Positions 8,401 to 15,430 of a DNA stretch of 16,841 nucleotides are shown one piece after another. Numbering within the stretch: position 1 is the first letter of the stretch; each line of letters opens with the position of its first letter. Under the pieces are notes generated by a model that was given only the letters and a program-made list of their open reading frames with translations, did no database searches and was not told the origin of the DNA. The stretch spans positions 1 to 16,841 of the forward strand of contig JBQTGV010000134.1 in the NCBI GenBank assembly GCA_052390515.1. The letters are read 5' to 3'. Source of the DNA: Candidatus Eiseniibacteriota bacterium (GTDB lineage: Bacteria; ARS69). A program made the translations under genes and the position numbers.

Positions 8401-8937
8401 CTCGACGTACACGTCGTCCCGGCCGAAGATCTCCTGGTAGACGCCCAGCGCGCGCAGCGCGTCCTCCTCGCGGTCGCCGAGGAGCAGCGAAGGGATTTCG
8501 CCCTTGAGGCACGCCGTCAGCGCGATCAGCCCCTCGGAGTGCTGCTCGAGCAGCTCGCGGTCCATTCGCGGCCGGTAGTAGAAGCCCTCCAGGAAAGCCT
8601 TCGACGAGAGCCGCATCAAGTTGCGGTAGCCGGTCCCGTTCTTCGCCAGGAGGACGAGGTGATGCGTGGCCGGGCCGCCCATCGCCTGGGACGTCCGGTC
8701 GTGACGACTGCCGGTGGTGACGTAGGCCTCGCAGCCCAGGATCGGCTTCACGCCGTGGCGATGAGCCTCGTGGTAGAACTCGACGACGCCGTGCAGCGCG
8801 CCGTGATCGGTGATGGCCAGCGCCGGCATCTGGCAGTCGTGCGCCGCGCGCACCAGGTCGGCGATGCGGTTCGCGCCGTCGAGCAGGCTGTACTCGGTGT
8901 GGTTGTGCAGGTGCACGAAGTCGGCGTGGGTACGCAT
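5416..8937 (-). CDS. dnaE: DNA polymerase III subunit alpha (DnaE1 type)
   Basis: PHP domain HLHNHTEYSLLDG, TDHG, TNDCHY; GPGRGSAAGS; catalytic SMPDIDIDF and KMDFLGL; YGFNKSHS; clamp-binding QTSLF (6193-6207); C-terminal OB fold. Normal length, no intein. Start is ATG 8937 or GTG 8940, overlapping the upstream stop. Confidence 0.98.
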   Translation of the reverse strand: MRTHADFVHLHNHTEYSLLDGANRIADLVRAAHDCQMPALAITDHGALHGVVEFYHEAHRHGVKPILGCEAYVTTGSRHDRTSQAMGGPATHHLVLLAKNGTGYRNLMRLSSKAFLEGFYYRPRMDRELLEQHSEGLIALTACLKGEIPSLLLGDREEDALRALGVYQEIFGRDDVYVEVMDHDIDAERRVIPGLRRIAERSGAKIVATNDCHYLTGAQAESQDLLICIGTGKEFDDPKRLRMATAELYFKTPDEMKRLFADIPEAVTNTVEVAEKCNVELELGRSRVPVFPLPAGYDSEDAYLAHLVDRGLERRFPGAEAAVRARADYELSVIRTMGYSGYFLITHDFIRAARERGIPVGPGRGSAAGSIVSYCLGITDVDPLRHKLLFERFLNPERVSMPDIDIDFCFERRGEVIDYVVQKYGKQSVTQIITFGRMASRAALRDIGRVLKVQFGEMDRIAKMVPADPNMTLEKAFAQNPDLKRLEDDDPNFARVVKHARVIEGLARHASTHAAGVVVAPGDLTDWVPLYLSNKKEITTQYDMKSVEDVGLLKMDFLGLRTLTVIQRALEMVSAKIGRAMIAEEIPLDDPSTYRLLATAETVGVFQFESAGMRGLLKQMKPTAFEDVVAATALYRPGPLGAGMHKEYIDRKHARKKIEVLHPLMTPILEETYGVILYQEQVMAIAAAMAGFTMGEADILRRAMGKKKQEEMDRQRAKFVEGCKKKHIAADVAGQVFDLMAFFAGYGFNKSHSVGYAVLSVQTAWLKANHPAEFLAATLTSELGDSKRVPVLIEEARRSGIRLDPPDINRSEAGFTVQDGGIVFGLAAVRNVGVGAIERILEVRREGGPFRDLYDLVTRIDLRQVNRRVLESLAQAGALDALGRHRAEVFAAAPLLLEVGSRERLDRERGQTSLFAGGEEEEVLNPFRRGLPEAEEWTPSTLLQLEKEVLGFFYSGHPLERWGYEVRSFATTRAAELAELPDGRNVVLGGFVTGVRGTFDKRANRMAFVELEDFTGTYSAICFAEPFRSYAECLVPDAMVLVGGTLSTRDEAEPKVLIDRVVPLDQVGECLAEAVLLDVSEPEIDDAFVERIREVGGRRLGKLRTVLRVGLKDGNLVRVDLPGIKLPPTRETLQELEAIVGEGGVRLEGRWPTEPASRRQGGGRPRTEAVATP

Positions 8938-11147
8938 CACGGGAACACCACGGTGGTTTGCCGGCGCGACGCGTTTCCGCAGCGGTCCACGACCCGGACG
9001 TCGACCGTGCCGCTCGCGCCGCTCTCCGGAGCCGCCCCAGGATACGCCACGACGTCCCCGGTCTCATCGTCCAGTTCGTGCACCCAGGGCGTGCCGTCGA
9101 CGAGCACCTGCACGTCGTCGCAGAGGATTCCGGCGCCCGCGTCCCGTGCCAGGAAGAAGAGGCGCGGGCGGTCCCCCGGCTCGAAGCGCGGCGGGCCGAT
9201 CTCGGGCGCCTGTGTGTCCTCGAAAAGCCCGACTCCGAGCGGCGTGCCGGTTTCCGCCGTCCAGCCGTTCTCGCCGCGAATCGTCGTCAGGTAATGGAAT
9301 CCGTCCGGATCCCGGGCGAAGACTCCTAGGTGCTGCTCGTCGAATCCCCTGCCCTGCTCCGGCACGAGGGTCACCACGTACTCGCCCACCCAGGGGAGGC
9401 CTCCGGTGTCGAGCACGAGGAGCGGCCCGACCGGGCGCAGCTCCGGCTCTCCGCGGGGCGCCTCCTCCTCCCGCACGACCGCGAACGCCGGCTGCGGGAA
9501 GGTCCCCGATCCGAAGCGGAACCGGGCGAGGCCGCGCGGTCCCTCCAGGGTGGAGCCGCTCCCGATCCGGCGCGGCGGCTCGAACGCGATCTGAACGACG
9601 CGCCCCCACGGATCGAGCCCCTCGAGGCGCACGCGTGCCGACGTCAGCGACCTCGGGTCGAGGACGATGCGCGTGCCCTTGCGCCAGGGCTCGGCCGTGG
9701 CGAAGGGGTCGCGCCACTCCACGACCGCGCGCGTGCGCACCTCGGTCCACGCGCCGAGCGTGACCACCTCGAATGCCGGAGCCGAAGCCGGGGACATGGG
9801 GTTCTCCCCGAGCGCGAGCACCCGCGAGACGCCGGCCACTCCGAGCTCGTCGGCCGCCCCGGCTCTCACGAGCAGCTTCTCGTCCCTCGCGATCGTCGCC
9901 TCGAAGCTCCCCGCGTCGTCGACGCCGCCGCTCGGGACACGGGTCCACGTCTCACCGAGATCCGCGGACGTCTCCACGAAGGTGCTCTCGAGCGAGCGCG
10001 TCGGCACCGCCACCGCCTCCACGACCACGGAGTCGCCGCGATCCCGGACCGCGAGGCTGCGCACCGCGGGCGGCGCCGCGAACGACAGCTCGATCTCAGC
10101 CTCCCCGGCCAGTCCCGCGGCGTCCCGCGCGCGGATGATCAGGCGCCGGCGCGTCTCGCCCGGCCAGCCGGCGGCACCACCCGCCGCGGACACGACGCCG
10201 TCCTCGTCTCGCCCGTCCCGCACGAACGGCAGCGTGTTCCCGGCGCGGCGCCACAGCAGGTGGAAGTCTCCCTGCCGCGCCCACGCGTGGCGCGGCTCCA
10301 GTTGCAGGTCCTGCAACTTCGTCTCGGAGAAGGCGAAGCGGTCGTACTCGACCCGGTAGAGCACGTCTTCGCCCTCGACCAGCTCGACGCTCCGTGGAGA
10401 GAGGCGAAACCGGCACGCGTCCATCGTCTCGTCCACCTCGACGGCGATGCCGATCTCGCCTTCCACGGGAATGACGTGGGGCACGCGGCGCGCGCCGGGC
10501 GCTTGGCCGGCAGTGACCTCGAGCACGACCGGGTCGCTGCCGCCGTCCACCGACGAGCGCACGGTGATTGGCACGAGCATCACGCGCTTGACCGAGGGAG
10601 CCGCACGATCCGCCGCCGCGAAGCCGTGGAACAGCGGATCCATGGGCCGTTCGCTCGGGTCGCGAACCTCCACGTGCAGGTGCGGAACGCCGGCGCCGGA
10701 CTGACCGGTTCGGGCGATCACGTCTCCACGCTCGACCGGGAAGGCGCCGGGAGGGAACTCCAGGTCCAAGTAGGCAGAACCCTGGGCCAGCTGCCGCGCG
10801 AGGATCGTATCCGCGAGCGCCCCGGAGAAGGCCGAGAGATGCGCGTAGGTGACCGTGCGGCCGTCGGCCAGCCGCAGATAGAGTGCGCGCCCGTAGCCGC
10901 GGCACGACACGCGCGCGCGCACGATGTCGCCGTCGGCCGCGGCGAAGCAGGAGAAGCCGACGCGCCCGCCCGTGGAGATGTCGATCCCGGAGTGGAAGTG
11001 ACCGGGGCGGAACTCGCAGAAGCCGGACGTGACGCACCGGCTCGCGTCGGTCGGCCACAGGAGACCCGCGTCCCCGTCCGCGGCCACCGCCCGGCCCGCC
11101 GACAACAAGAGGAACACGAGGAGCGGATGTCGAGCGGAGCGAAGCAT
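8937..11147 (-). CDS. M23 family Zn metallopeptidase with a long C-terminal beta-rich extension (about 736 aa)
   Basis: Start moved to ATG 11147 (MLRSARHPLLVFLLLSAGRAVA, signal peptide-like) because the longer ORF overlaps the divergent gene. M23 motifs HSGID (HxxxD), GYGRALYL, YAHLS, GQSG and PHLHVEVRD (HxH). Confidence 0.88.
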   Translation of the reverse strand: MLRSARHPLLVFLLLSAGRAVAADGDAGLLWPTDASRCVTSGFCEFRPGHFHSGIDISTGGRVGFSCFAAADGDIVRARVSCRGYGRALYLRLADGRTVTYAHLSAFSGALADTILARQLAQGSAYLDLEFPPGAFPVERGDVIARTGQSGAGVPHLHVEVRDPSERPMDPLFHGFAAADRAAPSVKRVMLVPITVRSSVDGGSDPVVLEVTAGQAPGARRVPHVIPVEGEIGIAVEVDETMDACRFRLSPRSVELVEGEDVLYRVEYDRFAFSETKLQDLQLEPRHAWARQGDFHLLWRRAGNTLPFVRDGRDEDGVVSAAGGAAGWPGETRRRLIIRARDAAGLAGEAEIELSFAAPPAVRSLAVRDRGDSVVVEAVAVPTRSLESTFVETSADLGETWTRVPSGGVDDAGSFEATIARDEKLLVRAGAADELGVAGVSRVLALGENPMSPASAPAFEVVTLGAWTEVRTRAVVEWRDPFATAEPWRKGTRIVLDPRSLTSARVRLEGLDPWGRVVQIAFEPPRRIGSGSTLEGPRGLARFRFGSGTFPQPAFAVVREEEAPRGEPELRPVGPLLVLDTGGLPWVGEYVVTLVPEQGRGFDEQHLGVFARDPDGFHYLTTIRGENGWTAETGTPLGVGLFEDTQAPEIGPPRFEPGDRPRLFFLARDAGAGILCDDVQVLVDGTPWVHELDDETGDVVAYPGAAPESGASGTVDVRVVDRCGNASRRQTTVVFP

Positions 11148-11156
11148 GGGACCTGC

Positions 11157-11185
11157 AGTGTTTACCGTGCCGCGGGCAGTGTCAA
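11157..11185 (-). promoter_or_regulatory. Possible sigma70 promoter for the M23-dnaE unit
   Basis: Minus strand: TTGACA (11185-11180), 17 nt, then AACACT (11162-11157). The -35 is perfect but the -10 is weak. It ends only 9 nt before ATG 11147. Confidence 0.4.
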
Positions 11186-11208
11186 GGAAGGGGCGCGCGC
11201 TCCCTCGC

Positions 11209-11237
11209 TTGATGACGCCCCGCCCCCGTGCTAGATT
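11209..11237 (+). promoter_or_regulatory. sigma70-type promoter for the PpiD/SurA-like gene
   Basis: TTGATG (11209-11214), 17 nt spacer ending TGC, then TAGATT (11232-11237). SD GGAGGGAG lies at 11284-11291 before ATG 11299. Confidence 0.6.
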
Positions 11238-11298
11238 CTCCGGGCTTTTCCTCGACTCGACGATCGCCAGGACCCGTGGTCCGGGAGGGAGTTTCCGC

Positions 11299-13155
11299 AT
11301 GGTGATGAGTGCGCTGCGCGACCGGATCAAGATCGTCATCCTGGTGACGCTGGCTGCCTTCGTCGGACTCATCTTCTTCGACTGGGGCATGCAGCAGACC
11401 GGTGGCAGCGCAAGGCCGGACGGAGCCGTCGTCGGCAAGGTGAACGGCCGCGAGATCAGCGACGAGATGTACCGGCGGACCTACCAGAGCCTGCTGAGCT
11501 CGTTCGAGAGCCGGGCCGGGCGCGCCCCGGAGGGCTCCGACTTCGCCTCCATCGAGGAAGAGGCGTGGATCACGCTCGTGCAGGAGATGCTCCTGCAGGA
11601 GCAGATCGAGAAGTACGGGATCAGCGTGACCGACGCCGAGATCCTGGAGGTGCTGCACACCAATCCGCCGGAGTTCGTGAGGGCGAATTTCGTCGACGAG
11701 CAGGGACAGTTCGACGCGGCGCAGTACCAGCAGGCCCTCGCCCAGGCCGCCTCCGACCCGGCCGTCGCGAACTTCTGGACCCAGGTGGAGGCCTTGATCC
11801 GCGCCACCGCTCCGTCCGACAAGGTCCGCAATTACGTGGGGCTCGGCGCGCGGGTGACGACGGCGGAGGCGCGGCGTCGCTTCCTGGACCGCAACGAGAA
11901 GGTCCGTGTCCGGTACGTCGCCTCCACCTCCGCCGACGTGCAGTTCGACGACCAGTCCATCACCGAGGCCGATTCGCGCGCGTGGTACGACGCGCACCCA
12001 ACCGACTTCCGCGTCGGAGAGCAGGCCGTCCTCGACTTCGTCCGCGTCTCCAAGGCACCGACCGCGCTCGACTCCAGCGAGGCGCGCCAGGATCTGGAGC
12101 ACATCCGCGAAGCGGTCCTGGCGGGCGCCGACTTCGCCGAGGAGGCGCGAAGCTGGTCCGACGATCCTTCGGCGGACCGCGGCGGAGATCTGGGTCTCTT
12201 CGGTCGCGGCGACATGGTGCCGGAGTTCGAGCAGGTCGCCTTCGCGCTGAATCCCGGCCAGGTCTCGGAGGTCTTCTCGACGCCGTTCGGCTACCACCTG
12301 GTGAAGGTCGAGGAGAAGAAGACCGAGGGCGGCGTGGCGAAGGTGCGGGCGCGCCACATCCTCGTTCGCGTCGAGCCGTCCAACGAGACGTTGCAGGAGG
12401 CGCGCGCACGCATCGAGGAGTTCCTCACCGCCGTCGAGGAGGGCGGCGGCTTCGAGGACGCGGCCGCGTCGGCCGGGCTCACCGTGGAGGTGACTCCGCC
12501 GTTCGAGAGAGGGTCGTTCGTCCCGGGACCGGCGATGATCCGCGCCGCGCAGATCTTCGCCTTCGGGGCACAGCCGGGCACGGTGTCGGACTCCCCCGTC
12601 GAGGACGACCGCAGCGTGTACGCGTACCGGCTCGCCGAGCGGCGCCCGGGCGGCGTGCTCCCGTTCGAGGACGTGAAGGACCGGGCGCGGCTGTCCTGCG
12701 CCGAGGAGCGCCGCGGCGCGCTCGCGCGGCAGAAGCTCGAGCAAGCCGTCACCGCCGGGGGCGGAGCGCTCGCCTCCATCGCCCGGGCGATGGGCGCCTC
12801 TCCCGACACGACCGACGAGTTCACCCGCGAATCGTTCGTGCCGGGAATCGGCCGGCGCAACGCGTTCGTCGCGGCGGCATTCGCGCTGCCGGTCGGCCAA
12901 CGCTCCGAGATCATCGAGTCCGACCGCGGTTTCTACGTCCTCGAGGTGACCGCGCGGACGCCGGCGGACGAGGCCGCGTTCGCCGAGCAGCGCAATCAGA
13001 TCCGCGGCGAGCTGCTCATGGAGCGCCGGCAGACTCTCGTGACCGCGTGGATGGAAGAGCTTCTGGTGAATGCCGAGATCGAGGACTTCCGCCGCGGCGG
13101 CAAGTCGGTGTGGAGACCGGACGACGCGGACCTCGTGTACGCGAAGGTGACTTGA
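11299..13155 (+). CDS. Membrane-anchored periplasmic folding chaperone / parvulin peptidyl-prolyl isomerase (PpiD/SurA family), about 618 aa
   Basis: Start moved to ATG 11299 (SD 7 nt upstream). N-terminal TM anchor KIVILVTLAAFVGLIFFDWG; SurA_N-like VGKVNGREIS and GISVTDAEI; parvulin FAEEARSWSDDPSADRGGDLGLFGRGDMVPEFEQVAF..GQVSEVFSTPFGYHLVKV; a second module starts RARHILV. Confidence 0.9.
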   Translation: MVMSALRDRIKIVILVTLAAFVGLIFFDWGMQQTGGSARPDGAVVGKVNGREISDEMYRRTYQSLLSSFESRAGRAPEGSDFASIEEEAWITLVQEMLLQEQIEKYGISVTDAEILEVLHTNPPEFVRANFVDEQGQFDAAQYQQALAQAASDPAVANFWTQVEALIRATAPSDKVRNYVGLGARVTTAEARRRFLDRNEKVRVRYVASTSADVQFDDQSITEADSRAWYDAHPTDFRVGEQAVLDFVRVSKAPTALDSSEARQDLEHIREAVLAGADFAEEARSWSDDPSADRGGDLGLFGRGDMVPEFEQVAFALNPGQVSEVFSTPFGYHLVKVEEKKTEGGVAKVRARHILVRVEPSNETLQEARARIEEFLTAVEEGGGFEDAAASAGLTVEVTPPFERGSFVPGPAMIRAAQIFAFGAQPGTVSDSPVEDDRSVYAYRLAERRPGGVLPFEDVKDRARLSCAEERRGALARQKLEQAVTAGGGALASIARAMGASPDTTDEFTRESFVPGIGRRNAFVAAAFALPVGQRSEIIESDRGFYVLEVTARTPADEAAFAEQRNQIRGELLMERRQTLVTAWMEELLVNAEIEDFRRGGKSVWRPDDADLVYAKVT

Positions 13156-13225
13156 CCGGCGGAAACCCTACTGCCACGTTCTCGAAGGAAATGATCGGCT
13201 CGCCGAGCGTCGTCGCCGCCGTGTC

Positions 13226-13453
13226 CTAGTCCCGCCGCTCGGCGTCTGCCGGTGACGGCGGCGGCGCGACCAACCGCTGCTCCTCGTCCTCCGCTTCCGC
13301 CAGGTGGATCTCCCGGTGCAGCTCGGTGGAGAGCCGGCGGATCTCGCGGAGCCCCTTGCCCAGCCCGCGCGCCAGCTCCGGAATCTTCCGCGGCCCGAAG
13401 ACGAGCAGCGCGATCACGAAGATGAGGAAGAGCTCCCAGCCGCCGATGCCCAC
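13226..13453 (-). CDS. tatA: Twin-arginine translocase TatA/TatB family subunit
   Basis: MGIGGWELFLIFVIALLVFGPRKIPELARGLGKGLREIRR: TM helix, FG hinge and amphipathic helix. TatA versus TatB cannot be settled by eye. Confidence 0.88.
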   Translation of the reverse strand: MGIGGWELFLIFVIALLVFGPRKIPELARGLGKGLREIRRLSTELHREIHLAEAEDEEQRLVAPPPSPADAERRD

Positions 13454-13459
13454 AGCGGC

Positions 13460-13735
13460 TCAATACCAGCGGAACAGATACGCCGCCAGCACCACTCCCA
13501 GCACGGACATCACGTTCACCTTCACGGAGAAGCCCACGGTGAAGGTCATCACTACCAGATTCAGGGTGCCCGGCCCGACCCCCCAGGAGACCGACTCGAC
13601 GAAGAAGCGCTTCACGACGCCGTCGGGCAGGACCTCCTGAAGCGCTTCGCCGAGCGCCGCGCCCACGACCATTCCCACCAGCACGAGGGAAAACAGAACC
13701 CACGCGCTCTTCTGACGCCCCGCTCCACGCGTCAC
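13460..13735 (-). CDS. DUF4321-like small membrane protein (91 aa)
   Basis: GTG 13735 overlaps the upstream stop (GTGA) with GGAG upstream. AWVLFSLVLVGMVVGAALGE..TLNLVVMTFTVGFSVKVNVMSVLGVVLAAYLFRWY matches my recollection of the DUF4321 pattern. Confidence 0.75.
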   Translation of the reverse strand: MTRGAGRQKSAWVLFSLVLVGMVVGAALGEALQEVLPDGVVKRFFVESVSWGVGPGTLNLVVMTFTVGFSVKVNVMSVLGVVLAAYLFRWY

Positions 13736-14127
13736 GGCATCTCTCCTTCGAGTTCCAGGGCCACGTCGCGACCGAGAATCACGGTCACCTCGAGCAACAG
13801 GTCTTCGTTCTTCTGCTGCGTCGTCGACTTCGTGCCGAGCTGCCTCGCCACCGACCGGGCGTGGCGGGCCACGCCCACGCGGTCCAGGACCAGCGTTTCC
13901 TGGTAGTCGGAGCGGTCCGCGTTGCGGATGTCGACGACGTCGAAACCGCCCTCGCGCAGGCGTTCGGCGGCGCGCTGCCCGGCGCGGAACACGCCCGAGC
14001 CGTTCAGCACTTCTACGCGGACGGGCTTCGCCCAGCCGCGCCAAGGTCCCAGCCCGAAGAGCGGCTCGCGGACCAGCCACACCATCACCAGGATCCCCGC
14101 GGCGAAGAGGACCGGACCGCGCTTCAC
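13732..14127 (-). CDS. LytR C-terminal domain-containing protein with an N-terminal membrane anchor (131 aa)
   Basis: GTG 14127 overlaps the HIT stop (GTGA). TM segment VLFAAGILVMVWLV; LytR_C hallmarks VRVEVLNGSG, AAERLREGGFDVVDIRNAD and VTVILGRD. Confidence 0.85.
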   Translation of the reverse strand: MKRGPVLFAAGILVMVWLVREPLFGLGPWRGWAKPVRVEVLNGSGVFRAGQRAAERLREGGFDVVDIRNADRSDYQETLVLDRVGVARHARSVARQLGTKSTTQQKNEDLLLEVTVILGRDVALELEGEMP

Positions 14128-14669
14128 GATCCGCGTCCGTCCCGCTTCAGCACGTCCCGGACGGCCGCTTCGAGGTTCGCCCAGGTGTCTTCCAGGGCCT
14201 CCGGCATCACCTTGGTCTCGCCGATCACCGGCATGAAGTTCGTGTCTCCCGGCCATCGGGGAACGAGGTGCAAGTGCACGTGCCCGGGGATCCCGGCGCC
14301 GCCGGCCCGGCCGAGGTTCATGCCGAGGTTGAAGCCCTGGGCGCGGACCCGCTCGGCCAGCGCGGTCTCCATCACCGCCGCGAGCTTCATCATCTCGCTC
14401 CGCTCCTCGTCGGAGAGGCCGGCGAGCGTATCGACATGCCGGAACGGCACCACCATCGCATGGCCGTTGTTGTAGGGGTACAGGTTGAGCACGATGTAGG
14501 CGCTCATCCCGCGGTGCAGCACCAGGTTTCCCGGCCCGTCCCTCAGCTTGGGGATCTCGCAGAAGACGCACGCACCTTCGTCGGCGCCCAGCGCGGAGAC
14601 GTACTTCATCCGCCACGTGGCCCAGAGGCGCTGCAGCGGCGTGTCCTGCCGCTCGTCGCGGCCGCTCAT
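14124..14669 (-). CDS. HIT family protein (Ap4A phosphorylase / Fhit-like, Rv2613c type)
   Basis: LWATWRMKYV, CVFC, LNLYPYNNGHAMVVP and GFNLGMNLGRAGGAGIPGHVHLHLVPRWPGDTNFMPV (HxHxH triad). ATGA overlap with the upstream stop. Confidence 0.92.
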   Translation of the reverse strand: MSGRDERQDTPLQRLWATWRMKYVSALGADEGACVFCEIPKLRDGPGNLVLHRGMSAYIVLNLYPYNNGHAMVVPFRHVDTLAGLSDEERSEMMKLAAVMETALAERVRAQGFNLGMNLGRAGGAGIPGHVHLHLVPRWPGDTNFMPVIGETKVMPEALEDTWANLEAAVRDVLKRDGRGS

Positions 14670-15430
14670 CGCCCGCTCCCGGCCGCTCCGCGGCGCGCCT
14701 CGAGGATCCGCTCGATGTCCTCGAGCTGACCCCGCGTGTTCACCCCCAGGATCTCCTCCGGAGCGGCCGCCGGGACCGCGACGACGCGCCGCCCATCGGC
14801 GCGGAGCAGACCGATGGCGTCGGTCAGGTACTCCTCGCCCTGCACGTTGTCGCGCCGGAAGCGGTCCAGCACGGAGCGAAGCGCTTCGGCCTCGAAGCAG
14901 TAGATGCTGGAGTTCACCTCGTCGATGAGGCGCTCGCGCTCGGTGGCGTCCTTGTGCTCCACGATGCCGAGGAACGTCCCCGATGGCGAACGCACGATGC
15001 GCCCGTACCCCGTCGCGTCGGGGAGCTTGGCGGTGAGCACGGTGGCCGCGGCGCCCGTCTCGCGGTGGCGCTCCCGCAGTTCGCGCAGCGTCGAGCTGCG
15101 CAGCAGCGGCACGTCCCCGGCGAGCACCAGAACTTCGCCCTCGAACGAGGCGAGCTGCGCCTTCGCCCGCTTCACGGCGTCCCCGGTCCCGAGCCGCTCG
15201 GTCTGCTCCACGAACTCCCAGCCTTCGGAGTGGAATGCCGCGCGCACGCGGTCCGCGCCCTTGCCGATGACGACCACGATGCGCTCGACGCCTGCCTCCC
15301 TCGCCGCGCGCACCACCCGTCCGAGGAGCGTCTCGCCTCCCACGGTGTGCAGCACCTTGGGAATGTCCGAGGCCATTCGCTTGCCTTCGCCCGCGGCCAG
15401 CACGACGGCCATCGCTTTGCGTGCGGTCAC
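14666..15430 (-). CDS. Sugar-phosphate nucleotidyltransferase, GlmU N-terminal (uridyltransferase) domain only (254 aa)
   Basis: GTG 15430 overlaps the panC stop (GTGA) with GGAGG upstream. Motifs VLAAGEGKRMASDIPKVLH, QTERLGTGDAV, LAGDVPLL, GYGRIVR, IVEHKDA, EVNSSIY, NVQGEEYLTD and GVNTRGQL. No hexapeptide domain follows. Confidence 0.9.
   Translation of the reverse strand: MTARKAMAVVLAAGEGKRMASDIPKVLHTVGGETLLGRVVRAAREAGVERIVVVIGKGADRVRAAFHSEGWEFVEQTERLGTGDAVKRAKAQLASFEGEVLVLAGDVPLLRSSTLRELRERHRETGAAATVLTAKLPDATGYGRIVRSPSGTFLGIVEHKDATERERLIDEVNSSIYCFEAEALRSVLDRFRRDNVQGEEYLTDAIGLLRADGRRVVAVPAAAPEEILGVNTRGQLEDIERILEARRGAAGSGR

Noticed and set aside
5416-8937. Intein or split in dnaE
   Set aside because: The length is normal (about 1173 aa), the motifs are contiguous (YGFNKSHS intact), and there are no intein-like termini or endonuclease motifs.
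5023-9294. 1423 aa plus-strand ORF antisense to dnaE
   Set aside because: It is codon-aligned with dnaE. An antisense stop needs a TTA, CTA or TCA codon in dnaE, and these are rare at high GC. The translation has no recognisable motifs, so it is a shadow ORF.
11029-11438. Apparent 410 nt head-to-head overlap of the M23 and PpiD ORFs
   Set aside because: Artefact of longest-ORF calling. The signal/TM segments, SD and promoters place the starts at 11147 and 11299, leaving a 151 nt divergent gap.
13156-13225. Possible bidirectional terminator between the convergent ppiD and tatA genes
   Set aside because: Only 4-5 bp stems (such as TCGG-CTCG-CCGA) are present, with no U-tract on either strand.
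9330-13229. Long alternative ORFs 9330-11234+, 11182-12900- and 11565-13229+
   Set aside because: They are shadows of the M23 and PpiD genes, with low-complexity or antisense composition and no domains.
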